From: Acidobacteriota bacterium
GTDB taxonomy: Bacteria > Acidobacteriota > UBA6911 > RPQK01 > JAJDTT01
Direction: 5' to 3'
DNA length: 64,000 nt
NCBI GenBank assembly: GCA_965263035.1
Contig: OZ253580.1
Location: forward strand, 5,376,001 to 5,440,000
Below, piece by piece: positions 42,301 through 50,329 of this stretch; position 1 is the first letter of the stretch; each line of letters begins with the position of its first letter. Both the position numbers and the translations under genes were made by a program. A model generated the notes under the pieces. The model did not search any database, was not told the origin of the DNA, and saw only the letters and a program-made list of their open reading frames with translations.

Positions 42301-42916
42301 CTGGGATGAGCCCGCCGCTCCCTTCGCCCACGGGTTGATCGATATTTTTCTGGCCATGCCGCCATCAGCCCTGCAGCGATTCGACCCGGATGCGATGTGG
42401 GCCGCGATCCATCTTCACGATGACGACCCAAGCCGAGCCCGGGAAGACTTCCAGACCTCGTGGAACGGCGTGCTTCGTCTCTTCAACCTGCTGCAATTCC
42501 TGCCGTTGGCCTGGTGGACGACACGGCGGGGAACGGAAGCGAACCTCTACCACGAGCTCCCCATCAAGTCACACCCATGGCTGGCCTCCCTTTCCCACCA
42601 AGCAGACGGCCCGGAGACCGCGAGTGCCTGGGCCGACGCGCTTAGGTTCGCCGCCAGTGAACTTGAGGCTGATCTGCTGCGGCTCCGAGAACGGGACCTT
42701 CCTCCACCTGAAGCTGGCTTTGAACTCACGGGGCCGAGGGGCCGGGTCCTGGCAGAGGCCGAACTGGGTTGGGAAGACCATCGGGTTGCCGTCTTGATGA
42801 CAGACCGGAGCGCGGACCGCTTTACCTTCGAATCGCGCGGTTGGCGCGTTCTCCTCGCTCACGCCGACGACCTCACGAAATCGGTTGCCCCCCTCCTCAC
42901 CGGAGGCCCATCATGA
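36395..42916 (+). CDS. Giant DEAD/DEAH (YprA/DrmA/DruE-like) helicase with Zn fingers, DUF1998 and a putative C-terminal nuclease, ~2173 aa
   Basis: TGTGSGKTE, YPMNALA, DELH, LELGIDIG, QRAGRAGR, several CxxC pairs, YDTVPGGTGY...CxC...GCHRC, RPDF...FMDGFEYH; ATGA overlap at 36395. Confidence 0.9.
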   Translation: MIPSVVAAEAAHALRDFLVTGFTPSNPELASVIDDFLAEPANLTRGPYLSLALPFRKAPGDEPFPQVPLEFPPYHHQRVAMDRLASASGKSTVVATGTGSGKTECYMLPILDHCREQAGKPGIKAIIIYPMNALAMDQATRIARAIHRNSALHRRITAGMYVGGREETPRKRMAAEHIITDRETLRRNPPDILLTNYKMLDYLMIRPGDQRLWRHNEPGTLRYLVVDELHTYDGAQGTDLACLIRRLRARLQVPSDGLVCVGTSATIGTGDDAPVRDYTSRVFNQEFEPGSVVGETRQADEEFLSGALITGYLLPTDGLAEILDPRRHATSASYSRAAHEAFINEPPAGDPDADDWKVALSDRLREHTAFRNLLQVLSGEPKPLPEVAATLRRTLPVESDEEAAAVLNALCALISAARLRDDNGDLRPFLDVGVHLWVRELGRMVCSVSEGGVSESAAAGPVRRLRHSDELQAPSADDRSTARSVHLPLIQCRECRVTGWAAVKRANEPCVEPDLRVFYNMFFRRDVDVRFLFPGDKPTIRSAQHMLCGRCGGLSMDGKESGAGDAPACVRCGSSRVVWLHVPDAVKTRRRNGREVAELSRDCPYCRASEGLIIFGARAASLISVLCSQTFASHHNDDPKALVFSDNVQNAAHRAGFVAARSRQTHTRAAITHAAAAHDGISLKRLPGVVAQHWRERAVEPEDFVGEHIADDCRWMRDVAHLEREGNLPSGSNLAKLVGRRMEWETLREFTFGSGIGRTLERTGAAAVALDRERVQKAYRTAHTRIREEVGGLRDMGEDAVRALVLGVLRHMKDRGAVKHALMKAYLDGGGNPWVWHRDPALPRFGLRSLIPVFPVCPDTSGSRSFTRSRSRSHEGVEEVAGAGGRRSWYRGWCESVLAGESALGPAESGHVLRLVFAALQHSGLVNKVAAKSQWVWALEPGRLSVTTDATFLQLDGPGRPLSVAAADADLWAGVPRLDAPVTSSRYRRPDHSGSRYSDSPTWFGRLYRDGQVRRIVAAEHTALVEREDRERLQRIFAKPNRVRRPWEPNLVSATPTLELGIDIGDLSTVTLCSVPPRTASYRQRAGRAGRRDGNALILTVANAEPHDLYFYADPLEMLAGGIEPPGIFLDAVAVLERQMTAYCFDNWVASGVPEDAVPQKIGTVLTNVEKERHEGFPYPFFAFVRNEEERLIKGFLDAFSEDLAQSSRAELRSFVRGDVDRKKPSLILKILDRLNEVIKERSSVAADIRSLGERIRKLKAQPEDEATRNEIDELENVRKGLRAVHGKINGRDTFNFLTDEGLVPNYAFPEAGVKLRSVILERKADRGEKGGTGTRAITHEYERPAAMALGEFAPENRFYARAHQVEISRVDTRVSELERWRMCPSCVYAENVDAGDHHTACPRCGNVQWQDSGQLRDLLKLRLVHAVADARTSRIDDQKDDREHLFYTRNLIADFDPADVQHAYAIRNADAAFGFEHIASATFREVNFGRMGQPTQSVRVAGMQLPREGFRICRRCGMVNPGPGSEPKHMPTCPARRAGRDAIVDCLYLYREFQSEAIRMLLPATVGPDAERCERSFVAALELGLRRRFGGEIAHLRAMTCAYPVEGSDQPQKYVLLYDTVPGGTGYLKDRMTAPERLLSVFEAALAAIEECPCNQDPERDGCHRCVLGHRRSRDMQDTSRETARQLLRNILDARDHLEQVEGLRKVRVVVQTDSILEDRFIEALRRVAVADGRQPSLRYDLVDGKPGYVLGVGSGDAGGQVWYVVPQVDVGLADGVLHPSRPDFLIRPAKASAVHPPVAVFMDGFEYHRDRVDDDSVKRMALVRAGFVVWSATWDDVKVVLGEAKPPDDMIPGRDPQPPMDQVQRGLEAQWQISELRSALGEPSLKLLGRYLAEPNPELWRRAVFTQLVGEFDQATMTSADFAQRFAAGAKAILPEGATDFLHYNPSDAPAHEAHVFAGREKWRASGWDEPAAPFAHGLIDIFLAMPPSALQRFDPDAMWAAIHLHDDDPSRAREDFQTSWNGVLRLFNLLQFLPLAWWTTRRGTEANLYHELPIKSHPWLASLSHQADGPETASAWADALRFAASELEADLLRLRERDLPPPEAGFELTGPRGRVLAEAELGWEDHRVAVLMTDRSADRFTFESRGWRVLLAHADDLTKSVAPLLTGGPS

Positions 42917-45042
42917 CCCCACGTGCCCGGCTGGCCATTTCCAGCGACTTCCTGGAGGCCTACGCGTTCCTTCCCAAGCCCCAACAGCGCAAGGTCCGTA
43001 CCCTGATCACGCAGTTTACGGCCGATCCGACGTCTCCCGGTCTGAACTACGAGCGCGTTCAGGCGGCGGACAGCTTGCGTTCGCTCCGAATCGACAGGTC
43101 CTACCGGGCGATCGTGCTCAAGCCGAAACGCGGCAGCGTCCATCTGATGCTGTGGGCGGACAAGCACGACGAGGCCTATGACTGGGCGCGTCGGCATCAC
43201 TGCCGTGTCAACCCAGATACCGGTGCCCTGCAAGTCTACGAGCCGCAAGAGCCCTCCGAAGCAGTCCATAAGGCAGCCAGTCCGGCGGACATCCCATCAC
43301 AGCCCGGGCCGTTTGCCGCCTTGCGGGACCGCCAGCTACGTCGGCTCGGTGTTCCCGAAGCAATGCTCCCCGAGATCCGAGTGCTCGATGGGGAACCAGC
43401 GCTCGACGCCATCCAGAAGCGCCTTCCCGTGGAAGCCTACGAATCCCTCTTTCTCTACCTGGCCGGAGACAGCTACGAGGAGTTGATCCGCAACCGCGAA
43501 GCCCCCGACGACAAGGTGGACACCGACGACATCGCCAAGGCCCTGGAGCGAATGGAATCGAGGGGACGGTTCGTTGTCGTGGACAACGAAATGGAACTCG
43601 AGGAGGTGCTAAGCGCCCCGTTGGAGAAGTGGCGAGTGTTCCTGCATCCGTCGCAGCGTCGCTTGGTCGAAAGACCATGGAACGGTCCGGTGCGCGTCCT
43701 TGGTGGCGCCGGAACAGGAAAGACCGTGGTGGCCATGCACCGCGCCCGCTGGCTTGCCCGCAACTTGCCCGAAGGCGAACGCATTCTCTTTGTGACCTTC
43801 ACACGGAACCTCGCAGCGGACATTGAGAACAATCTGCGCTCCATCTGTTCGCCGCAGGAGATGAGGCGCATAGATGTGACCAACCTTGATCGCTGGGTGT
43901 ACGGCTTCCTGCGGCGGCGAAGCTACGACTTCCGCATCGTCTACTCCCGTGGGCAGGCGCAGTGGAACAAGGTTTGGCAGCAGGCACTTGCGCTCAAGGA
44001 CCCCGGTCTCAACCTGCCCGACGCCTTCTACTCAGACGAACTTGACCAGATTGTCCTGGCCCACGGGATCACCATCGAAGCTGAGTACCTTCGCGTTCCG
44101 CGCGCCGGACGTGGCACGCCGCTGCGCCGCGCACAGAGGGCCCGGGTGTGGCCGGTCTTTGAAGAGTACCGCCTGAACCTGTCGCTCCAAGGCGGCAAGG
44201 AGATGGACGACGCCTACCGCGCAGCCGCCTCACTGCTGGCGGACGACCGGGGTAGCCTGGCCTACACTGCGGCCATCGTTGACGAGGCGCAGGACATGGG
44301 CGCACAGGCTTACCGGCTGATGCGTGCCCTCGTGCCCGAAGGGCCTAACGACCTCTTCGTCGTCGGCGACGGGCACCAGCGGATCTACGGCCGCAGCCGC
44401 GTCGTCTTGGGGCAGTGCGGTATTCGTATCGTGGGACGCTCATACAAGCTCAGGATCAACTACCGCACCACGGAGGAAACTCGTTCCTGGGCGGTACGTC
44501 TCCTCGACGGGCGGGAGATAGACGATCTGGATGGTGGCCTGGACGACCACAAGGGCTTCAAGTCTCTTACGCATGGGCCCTCGCCCCAAGTCATCGTATT
44601 CGACTCGGCTGAGCAGCAAGCTGAATTCATCGTCCGGTGGCTGGGCGACTTGGCCGGACGTGGCGAGCGCCTGCGGAGCACGTGCATCGTGGCGCGGACC
44701 CGGGCGGAGCGAGATTCCGTAAGGCAAGCGATCGAGGAAGCAGGTCTGCCCGGCGTCGTCCTCGAACAGGACCTTCCCGACGATGCCGGCGATGACGCCG
44801 TGCGCCTGGCGACCATGCACCGGGTCAAGGGACTGGAATTCGACCGCGTCATCATGGCCAGTTTGAACGAAGGCCTCGTTCCGCTGCCCAGAGCCATCAA
44901 GGGGCACGCCGATGACAACGCCCGCGAGTGGGCGGAGACTGAAGAGCGGGCGCTGGTGTACGTCGCGGCGACGCGAGCTCGGAAGGAGCTACTCGCGCTC
45001 GGGCACGGCGTGGCGAGCTCTTTCGTGAGCGGGCATGGATAG
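42913..45042 (+). CDS. UvrD/Rep-like SF1 helicase with a RelE/ParE-like N-terminal domain
   Basis: FLHPSQ, GGAGTGKT, VDEAQD, GDGHQRIY, NYRTT, TMHRVKGLEF and YVAATRAR motifs; ATGA overlap at 42913. Confidence 0.9.
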   Translation: MTPRARLAISSDFLEAYAFLPKPQQRKVRTLITQFTADPTSPGLNYERVQAADSLRSLRIDRSYRAIVLKPKRGSVHLMLWADKHDEAYDWARRHHCRVNPDTGALQVYEPQEPSEAVHKAASPADIPSQPGPFAALRDRQLRRLGVPEAMLPEIRVLDGEPALDAIQKRLPVEAYESLFLYLAGDSYEELIRNREAPDDKVDTDDIAKALERMESRGRFVVVDNEMELEEVLSAPLEKWRVFLHPSQRRLVERPWNGPVRVLGGAGTGKTVVAMHRARWLARNLPEGERILFVTFTRNLAADIENNLRSICSPQEMRRIDVTNLDRWVYGFLRRRSYDFRIVYSRGQAQWNKVWQQALALKDPGLNLPDAFYSDELDQIVLAHGITIEAEYLRVPRAGRGTPLRRAQRARVWPVFEEYRLNLSLQGGKEMDDAYRAAASLLADDRGSLAYTAAIVDEAQDMGAQAYRLMRALVPEGPNDLFVVGDGHQRIYGRSRVVLGQCGIRIVGRSYKLRINYRTTEETRSWAVRLLDGREIDDLDGGLDDHKGFKSLTHGPSPQVIVFDSAEQQAEFIVRWLGDLAGRGERLRSTCIVARTRAERDSVRQAIEEAGLPGVVLEQDLPDDAGDDAVRLATMHRVKGLEFDRVIMASLNEGLVPLPRAIKGHADDNAREWAETEERALVYVAATRARKELLALGHGVASSFVSGHG

Positions 45043-45121
45043 ACCGCAAGACACGGGCACCGGCAATGATTTCTGGCAACAAAGTGCCCGGTGTACCTGA
45101 ACACAGACCCGGGCACGCGCT

Positions 45122-45144
45122 TGACCTGCCCCGTTTTCACGGAC
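45122..45144. repeat. Isolated IS3-type terminal inverted repeat
   Basis: TGACCTGCCCCGTTTTCACGGAC resembles the ends at 34148 and 35930; no partner end or transposase nearby. Confidence 0.5.
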
Positions 45145-45179
45145 GATTAGTTCTTGGGGTTGATGGTGTCTGATTTGGT

Positions 45180-45648
45180 TTCCTCTCGACGATCCCACGC
45201 CGCTTATACCTGCGGAGGCGGTGCCCGTCCTGCGTCTTCGGGCGCCTCCGGTTCCTCCGGTGGGGCGCGACCATCTCGACGCCTCGCTTCTTGACCTCCG
45301 CGTCCAGAGGATCGCTGTCGTACGCCTTGTCGCCGACCAGGTTCTCCGGGAGATCGTCAATGAGCACCAGATCGAGTCTCAGCTGGACGAGCTTGGCTTC
45401 ACGCCGTCGGGCCGAGTGGGTGCCGATGGACAGCGGAAGACCGCAACGGTCCAAGATCGCCATGATCTTCACATCTTTTCCGGCCTTCGTGAGCCCCACA
45501 CCCGCGCCTCCGCCCTTCGCACGTGCGAACGAAGGCGTCAATGAACGCCTCCGACCCGTCGAGCACCCGAACCTCTTGGAGTTTCCGAAGCGAAATCCTG
45601 CAAAACGTCCGCCAGCACCCCGTTGCGGCAGCATCTGCAACTGGGCCC
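45180..45648 (-). pseudogene. IS5-family transposase fragment
   Basis: GVGLTKAGK.VKIMAILD..GLP, LVGDKAYDSD and RYKRRGIVER motifs; truncated at both ends. Confidence 0.8.
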
Positions 45649-46871
45649 TAGTACTCCGTAACACTTAAAGTTGTGGATACAGGCTCTTCAGCTTGATCCG
45701 TGCATCCTCCGTCTTGAACTGCCAGTCGATCTCGGTTTGCCGTTGGTTCCGATCCGCAACCCAAGCCCCGATCTCACGTTGCATCCCGGCCAGGCTTGGA
45801 ATCCGGCGGTCCAGGCATTGTCCGCACAGCGCGCTCAATTCGATTTCTGCAATGTTGAGCCAACTGCCGTGCTTAGGCGTGTAGTGGATTTCCAGTCGTT
45901 GTGCCAGTTGGCGAGCGTGTCGAGGCTCGTAGGTCGCGTACAGCGATTCGATTCCGTGCGGGTTCAGGTTGTCCAAGACCAGGACCACCCGCTCGGCCTC
46001 CGGGTATCGCCTCTCCAACATGCCCTCGATCCACCGGGCCCAATCCTGTCGCGTGCGCCGCTCGGTCGCCTCCACATGGCAGCGGCCGGTCAGTGGCTCC
46101 ACCTCCAGGAAGATCTGCGCGACCCCGTTGCGCACATACTCATGCTCGACTCGCTCCGGCTGGCCGGGCGCGACCGGCAAAGGCTCCCGCACTTCTCCGA
46201 TCAACTGCTTGTTGGTCTCGTCCATGCAGACCACCGGACGACGGGGGTCGTACGGACGGGCATAGACTTCTAAAACGTCCTCCATGCAGGCTACGAATGC
46301 GGCGCTGCCCCGGGGCGGGATCCGCCAATACTTCTTCCGATGAGGCTGCAGTTGGTTTTTTTTAGCGTCCGCTGCACCGTCATCACCGACACCCGCTCGA
46401 CCCAGCCCAGTTCCACTACTTTCTCCGCCAGCAGGCGCAGGGTCCAGCGCTTCCGTCCTGGCGGGGCCGGGGAGCAGGCCAAGGCGACCAAGCGAGCCTC
46501 GAACGCGCCGTCGAAGATCACTTTCCGCGGCGGCTGCACCCGCCGCTTGCGCTCCAAGGCGAACTCCAAACCCTGCTCCACAAACCGCCGTTTCAAGTGC
46601 TCGATCGTGCGGGCCGAGACGCCCAGCGCCTCGGCCACCCGGGCCACGGTCCATCCCGGCCCTTCCGGCCCGCGGTCGCACAACAACAGCGCCCGCGCGT
46701 ACAGGAACCGCTTGCCGGTGGTCTTGGTCGCGGCCCGGGTCAAGGCCTTCAATTCTGAGCGCTCTTCCACAGTGAGCGTGACACGATAGCGTGGTGCCAT
46801 GAGAACTCCTCCTTCCGAGTCCTCCAGCCTCCCACCATAGTATACGAACAATTACATGTTATTGGGTGCTA
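45649..46871 (-). mobile_element. IS630-family insertion sequence
   Basis: CTAG at both ends (45648-51 and 46869-72), imperfect inverted repeats, two ORFs joined by an A8 slip site. Confidence 0.88.
45665..46800 (-). CDS. IS630 transposase (frameshift at the A8 run near 46360)
   Basis: ORF A MAPRYRVTLT...WTLRLLA...TLKKT; ORF B CMDE, VLDNLNPH and PKHGSWLNIAEIE. Confidence 0.88.
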
Positions 46872-47978
46872 GTCTTCAGTACCCACAGGACGGACCCTCT
46901 GCGCGGAGCTAGACCCGCCTATCCCGATTGTCTCCAACATTTCCGCATGAATCGTCCGCCAATCCTGGTTGAGGTCGAGTGTTCGGGCCTGAACGCGGAA
47001 GCTCTCAAGCCGGATGTCGGCCCTTAGCGGCTCGTCGCCCACCTGCGGGTATAGCAGGATGCCGTCGTGCTTCGCACCGTCTGGCCTGGTCGCCTGGCGG
47101 TTCCGCAGATACGCGAGGAGCTGGTAGAGGTTGCCGGAGTGCAGCTTTCCAGTACCGGAGCCGTGTCTGCGGGCCAGTGCGTCCGCGTAGTATTTCGTGT
47201 CCAGGATGATGCGGCGGTCGGGCGATTCGAGGATCACATCTGCGATCATTAGGGGGATCCTCCCCCGGTCCTCGTCCGTCGCCCAGCCCTTGTCCGCCCA
47301 CTTGACGTTGCGGCCCCCCGGATTGACGCGAAACACGCGTTGCTCGCGCTGGTAAAATCCGGTGACGAATTCCTCGAAGAGCGCCCACATGGTGGCCTCT
47401 TCCTGCCGAAAGTCGCGGAAGGTAGTGCGGCCGGTTTTCTCGTCGACCACGGAGCTCTCGTACAGGAGCCTGCATACCGAGAGCAGGAACTGGTAGAGCC
47501 TCCGGTTGCCCCCGAGCTGGACCTGGCCAAAGGTGTTCCTCTTCAGGCGGGTGCATGATACGCCGTCGAGCCTCCTGTACGCGGAGCGCACGTCGCCACG
47601 GACATGGCCATCCAAGGTGACTCGTCGGCCCAGCAGCCCGCTCAGCGAGGTGCGCAGGATGCGGTTCGGCAGGATGTCGACCGATAGCTCCTCGAAATCG
47701 CACGCTGCCCGGCCTCGGGCCCGGAGAGCACGCTTCGCTGTGTCGCTGACCGCCAGCTTCCCGCGAATGCCGGCAAGGTCCTCCTGTCTTTCCACGTACC
47801 CGCGGTCGATGCCGCGGCGGAAGAGGTGGTTGACGCCGCCGGCGAGCACCTTGCCCAGCAGGTCCTGTACTGTCGAGAGTCCGCCCAGTGTGGCCAGCCG
47901 CCTGGTGTCCCGCTCCTGAACCCGTCCCCAGGCGTAGCAGAGGAGGTAGTAGACGTTGAGGATAGGGATGTTCTTCAA
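46869..47978 (-). CDS. mcrC: McrC-like restriction nuclease subunit
   Basis: IPILNVYYLLCYAW, LFEEFV, ADVIL..IILDTKYY and NLYQLLAYL motifs. Confidence 0.9.
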   Translation of the reverse strand: MKNIPILNVYYLLCYAWGRVQERDTRRLATLGGLSTVQDLLGKVLAGGVNHLFRRGIDRGYVERQEDLAGIRGKLAVSDTAKRALRARGRAACDFEELSVDILPNRILRTSLSGLLGRRVTLDGHVRGDVRSAYRRLDGVSCTRLKRNTFGQVQLGGNRRLYQFLLSVCRLLYESSVVDEKTGRTTFRDFRQEEATMWALFEEFVTGFYQREQRVFRVNPGGRNVKWADKGWATDEDRGRIPLMIADVILESPDRRIILDTKYYADALARRHGSGTGKLHSGNLYQLLAYLRNRQATRPDGAKHDGILLYPQVGDEPLRADIRLESFRVQARTLDLNQDWRTIHAEMLETIGIGGSSSAQRVRPVGTED

Positions 47979-47980
47979 GG

Positions 47981-49489
47981 TCAGGCGTCGGCCGTGAGTC
48001 TAGCCACTTCCTTCTGGGTGTCTTCCGGGGAATCGAACCAATACTCGCGAAGAAGCGGCGCGATCTGGGTGTCCACGATGTGCTTGTACCAGTCCTCCGA
48101 AGGCGTGTCGCCGTCGCCGGGAACGAAGTAGCTGTGACCGATCTGGAAGCCCCGGCCGAGTTCCTTGTCGTTGCTGATCGTCTCGTTGAGTTTGTCCATC
48201 CGGTGGGAGATGCGGCGGGCCAGATCTTGGTTGGTGCCTTTGTCCATGAGGTATTTCTCGAACGCCGCCCTGCCATAGTTCGTCCCGTAAGCCGGCTCCA
48301 GCGTCTCGAAGGCGAACCGCCGGCGCAGCGCGTAGTCGACCAGGGCCAGCGACCGGTCGGCGGTGTTCATCATGCCGAGGATGAAGACGTTCTCCGGGAC
48401 GTGGAACTGCTCATCGGAATAGATCAGCGCGACCGCGTAGTCCTCGCTGCGCTTGTCGGCTTCGATCAGCATGAGCAGTTCGCCGAAGATCCGTGAGAGG
48501 TTGCCGCGATTGATCTCGTCGATGATGAAGACGTGGGGCGTGTCGGAGTTGGCCCGCGCACGTTCGCAGAAGCGGTGGAAGACGCCATCCTTGAGTTCGA
48601 ATCCACCGGCGTCGGTGGGGCGGTAGCCTTGGACGAAGTCCTCGTAGGCGTAGGACTGGTGGAACTGGACCATCTCGATGGGCACGTTGTCCTTGCGGCC
48701 GATGAGGCACCAGGCGATTCGGCGGGCGATGAAGGTCTTCCCGGTGCCGGGCGGGCCTTGGAGGATGATGTTCTTGCGGGATTTGATAGAGGTGAGGAGG
48801 CGGGCGAAGTTGGGGCGAGGGATGAAAATGTTCTGATGGGCGTCTTCGATCGTGTAGGGATTCTCTACCGGCTCCTCCGAGCCCTTGCCACCATCCGAAC
48901 CCAAGTCCCGAGCACGCCACCAGAGGGCGTCCAGGGTCCAGAGGTCAATCCCAAGCTCCTTAGCGAGATCCAGAAGTAGTTCATTGACCTTGAAATATTG
49001 CTCGGAGAAGGGGGCGGATCGGGCGACATCCGGCCACAGACCGACTCTCTTGAGCGCGGCCTTCGACGTCTCGTTGAACACCCCATATTTCTCTGGGTTC
49101 CGAACAAAAAGAATTGGAGTGAAGGTCGCGGGTCCCAGACCCTTGATCCGTCCTTTCCCGGAAGGAGGGCGGAGCTCGTCAAGACGCTCACGCAACGGGC
49201 GCGACTCGTCCAGAAGAGTACGAAGGGCTTCGCGCAGGGCGTCCATATCCTTCGTGATAGTTCGCCCGTACCGGTGAATCCCGTCCCAGTGGCGATTGTT
49301 CTTGATCCAGAGGAAGCCCAGGAAGTCTTCCTTGGTCAAGTTTGGTAGGTTCTCATCCGAGAACACCCGCTGGTATTTCCGAAGGACTTCCTCTTTGGCC
49401 CCGACCATCGGCGAGAGTTCTTCGTCCTCTCCCGCCTTGATCCGGCCCAGGATTCCCCGAAGTTGTCCCAGAGCTTCTGCCTTGCTCAT
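47981..49489 (-). CDS. mcrB: McrB-like AAA+ GTPase with a non-canonical N-terminal domain
   Basis: GPPGTGKT, QFHQSYAYEDFV, IIDEINRGN, MNTADRS, DYALRRRF and IGHSYF motifs. Confidence 0.92.
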   Translation of the reverse strand: MSKAEALGQLRGILGRIKAGEDEELSPMVGAKEEVLRKYQRVFSDENLPNLTKEDFLGFLWIKNNRHWDGIHRYGRTITKDMDALREALRTLLDESRPLRERLDELRPPSGKGRIKGLGPATFTPILFVRNPEKYGVFNETSKAALKRVGLWPDVARSAPFSEQYFKVNELLLDLAKELGIDLWTLDALWWRARDLGSDGGKGSEEPVENPYTIEDAHQNIFIPRPNFARLLTSIKSRKNIILQGPPGTGKTFIARRIAWCLIGRKDNVPIEMVQFHQSYAYEDFVQGYRPTDAGGFELKDGVFHRFCERARANSDTPHVFIIDEINRGNLSRIFGELLMLIEADKRSEDYAVALIYSDEQFHVPENVFILGMMNTADRSLALVDYALRRRFAFETLEPAYGTNYGRAAFEKYLMDKGTNQDLARRISHRMDKLNETISNDKELGRGFQIGHSYFVPGDGDTPSEDWYKHIVDTQIAPLLREYWFDSPEDTQKEVARLTADA

Positions 49490-49846
49490 CGCCTCACCCT
49501 CTCAGACGGAATCGGGCGCCAATCACAAGCTGTTCGACGCGATAGAACTAGAGCGCCCGTTCTGGGCGAGCGGCCCAAAGATGGCGTCTGCCCGACGCCA
49601 TCTCAAGTGCGGTGTCGCCCGGGAATAACGTAACCAAGGAGAGAGGCACCGTATCCGCCGTCGCTGAAACACACTCTCAACCCTCCGACCTACTCAATGC
49701 CCGCACCTGCACATACTCTGCTCCGAAACGTGCCCACCAGCACCGCCGGGGGCTCGGTCGCGTGCGTGGCGATCCGGCGTCGGCCCGTCCGATCACAGCC
49801 ACGACGGGCGAAGACAATCCGTTCGACGGCGTTCTGACGCCGCCGC

Positions 49847-49951
49847 CGGCAATCAGTGACCGGTCCGGCCCTGAAGGAGGTCCACCGCGTGGGGAAGCAG
49901 TTTGAGGACGGCTTCCAGAGATTCGACGGCGCCTTTGGGGCTGCCGGGGAG
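49847..49951. repeat. Island boundary direct repeat (within the mogA 3' end)
   Basis: Matches 25475-25579. Confidence 0.92.
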
Positions 49952-50329
49952 ACAGAGGATCAGGGTCTGGCGGCGAGCGCCGGCCAGGGAGCGGGACAGG
50001 GCGGCAAAGGGAGTCTTTTTCAGGCCCTCCAGGCGCATGAGTTCGGCCAGGCCCGAGGCCTCTTTGGCCAGCAGGGGCCGCACTGCCTCCGGGGTGACGT
50101 CTCTGGGACCGAGTCCGGTTCCACCCGTCGTGACCAGGAGGTTGGTGTCGCCGGAGTCGCTGCAAGCGAGAACCTGTTCTTGAATATCGGTCATCTCATC
50201 CGGGACGATGCGGTTCGCCGTCACTTCCCATCCCGCCTGCCGGAGCTGTTTCGCCAGAGCCTGCCCGGAAAGATCGGGCCTCTGGCCGTGATAGCACCCG
50301 TCGCTGACGGTCAAAACGACGGCCTTCAT
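49853..50329 (-). CDS. mogA: Molybdopterin adenylyltransferase, MogA/MoaB family
   Basis: [26 protein letters not shown] and LPGSPK motifs; ATG at 50329. Confidence 0.9.
   Translation of the reverse strand: MKAVVLTVSDGCYHGQRPDLSGQALAKQLRQAGWEVTANRIVPDEMTDIQEQVLACSDSGDTNLLVTTGGTGLGPRDVTPEAVRPLLAKEASGLAELMRLEGLKKTPFAALSRSLAGARRQTLILCLPGSPKGAVESLEAVLKLLPHAVDLLQGRTGH

Larger units (their letters stand above)
25475..49951. mobile_element. Defence genomic island inserted at the mogA/moaB 3' end
   Basis: Flanking direct repeat; contents are defence genes, IS elements and gene relics; no integrase seen. Confidence 0.8.

Noticed and set aside
26690-45042. Calling the operon canonical DISARM, BREX or Dpd
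   Set aside because: No separate drmB or PLD drmC, no pglZ/brxC, no dpdA; gene symbols were therefore withheld
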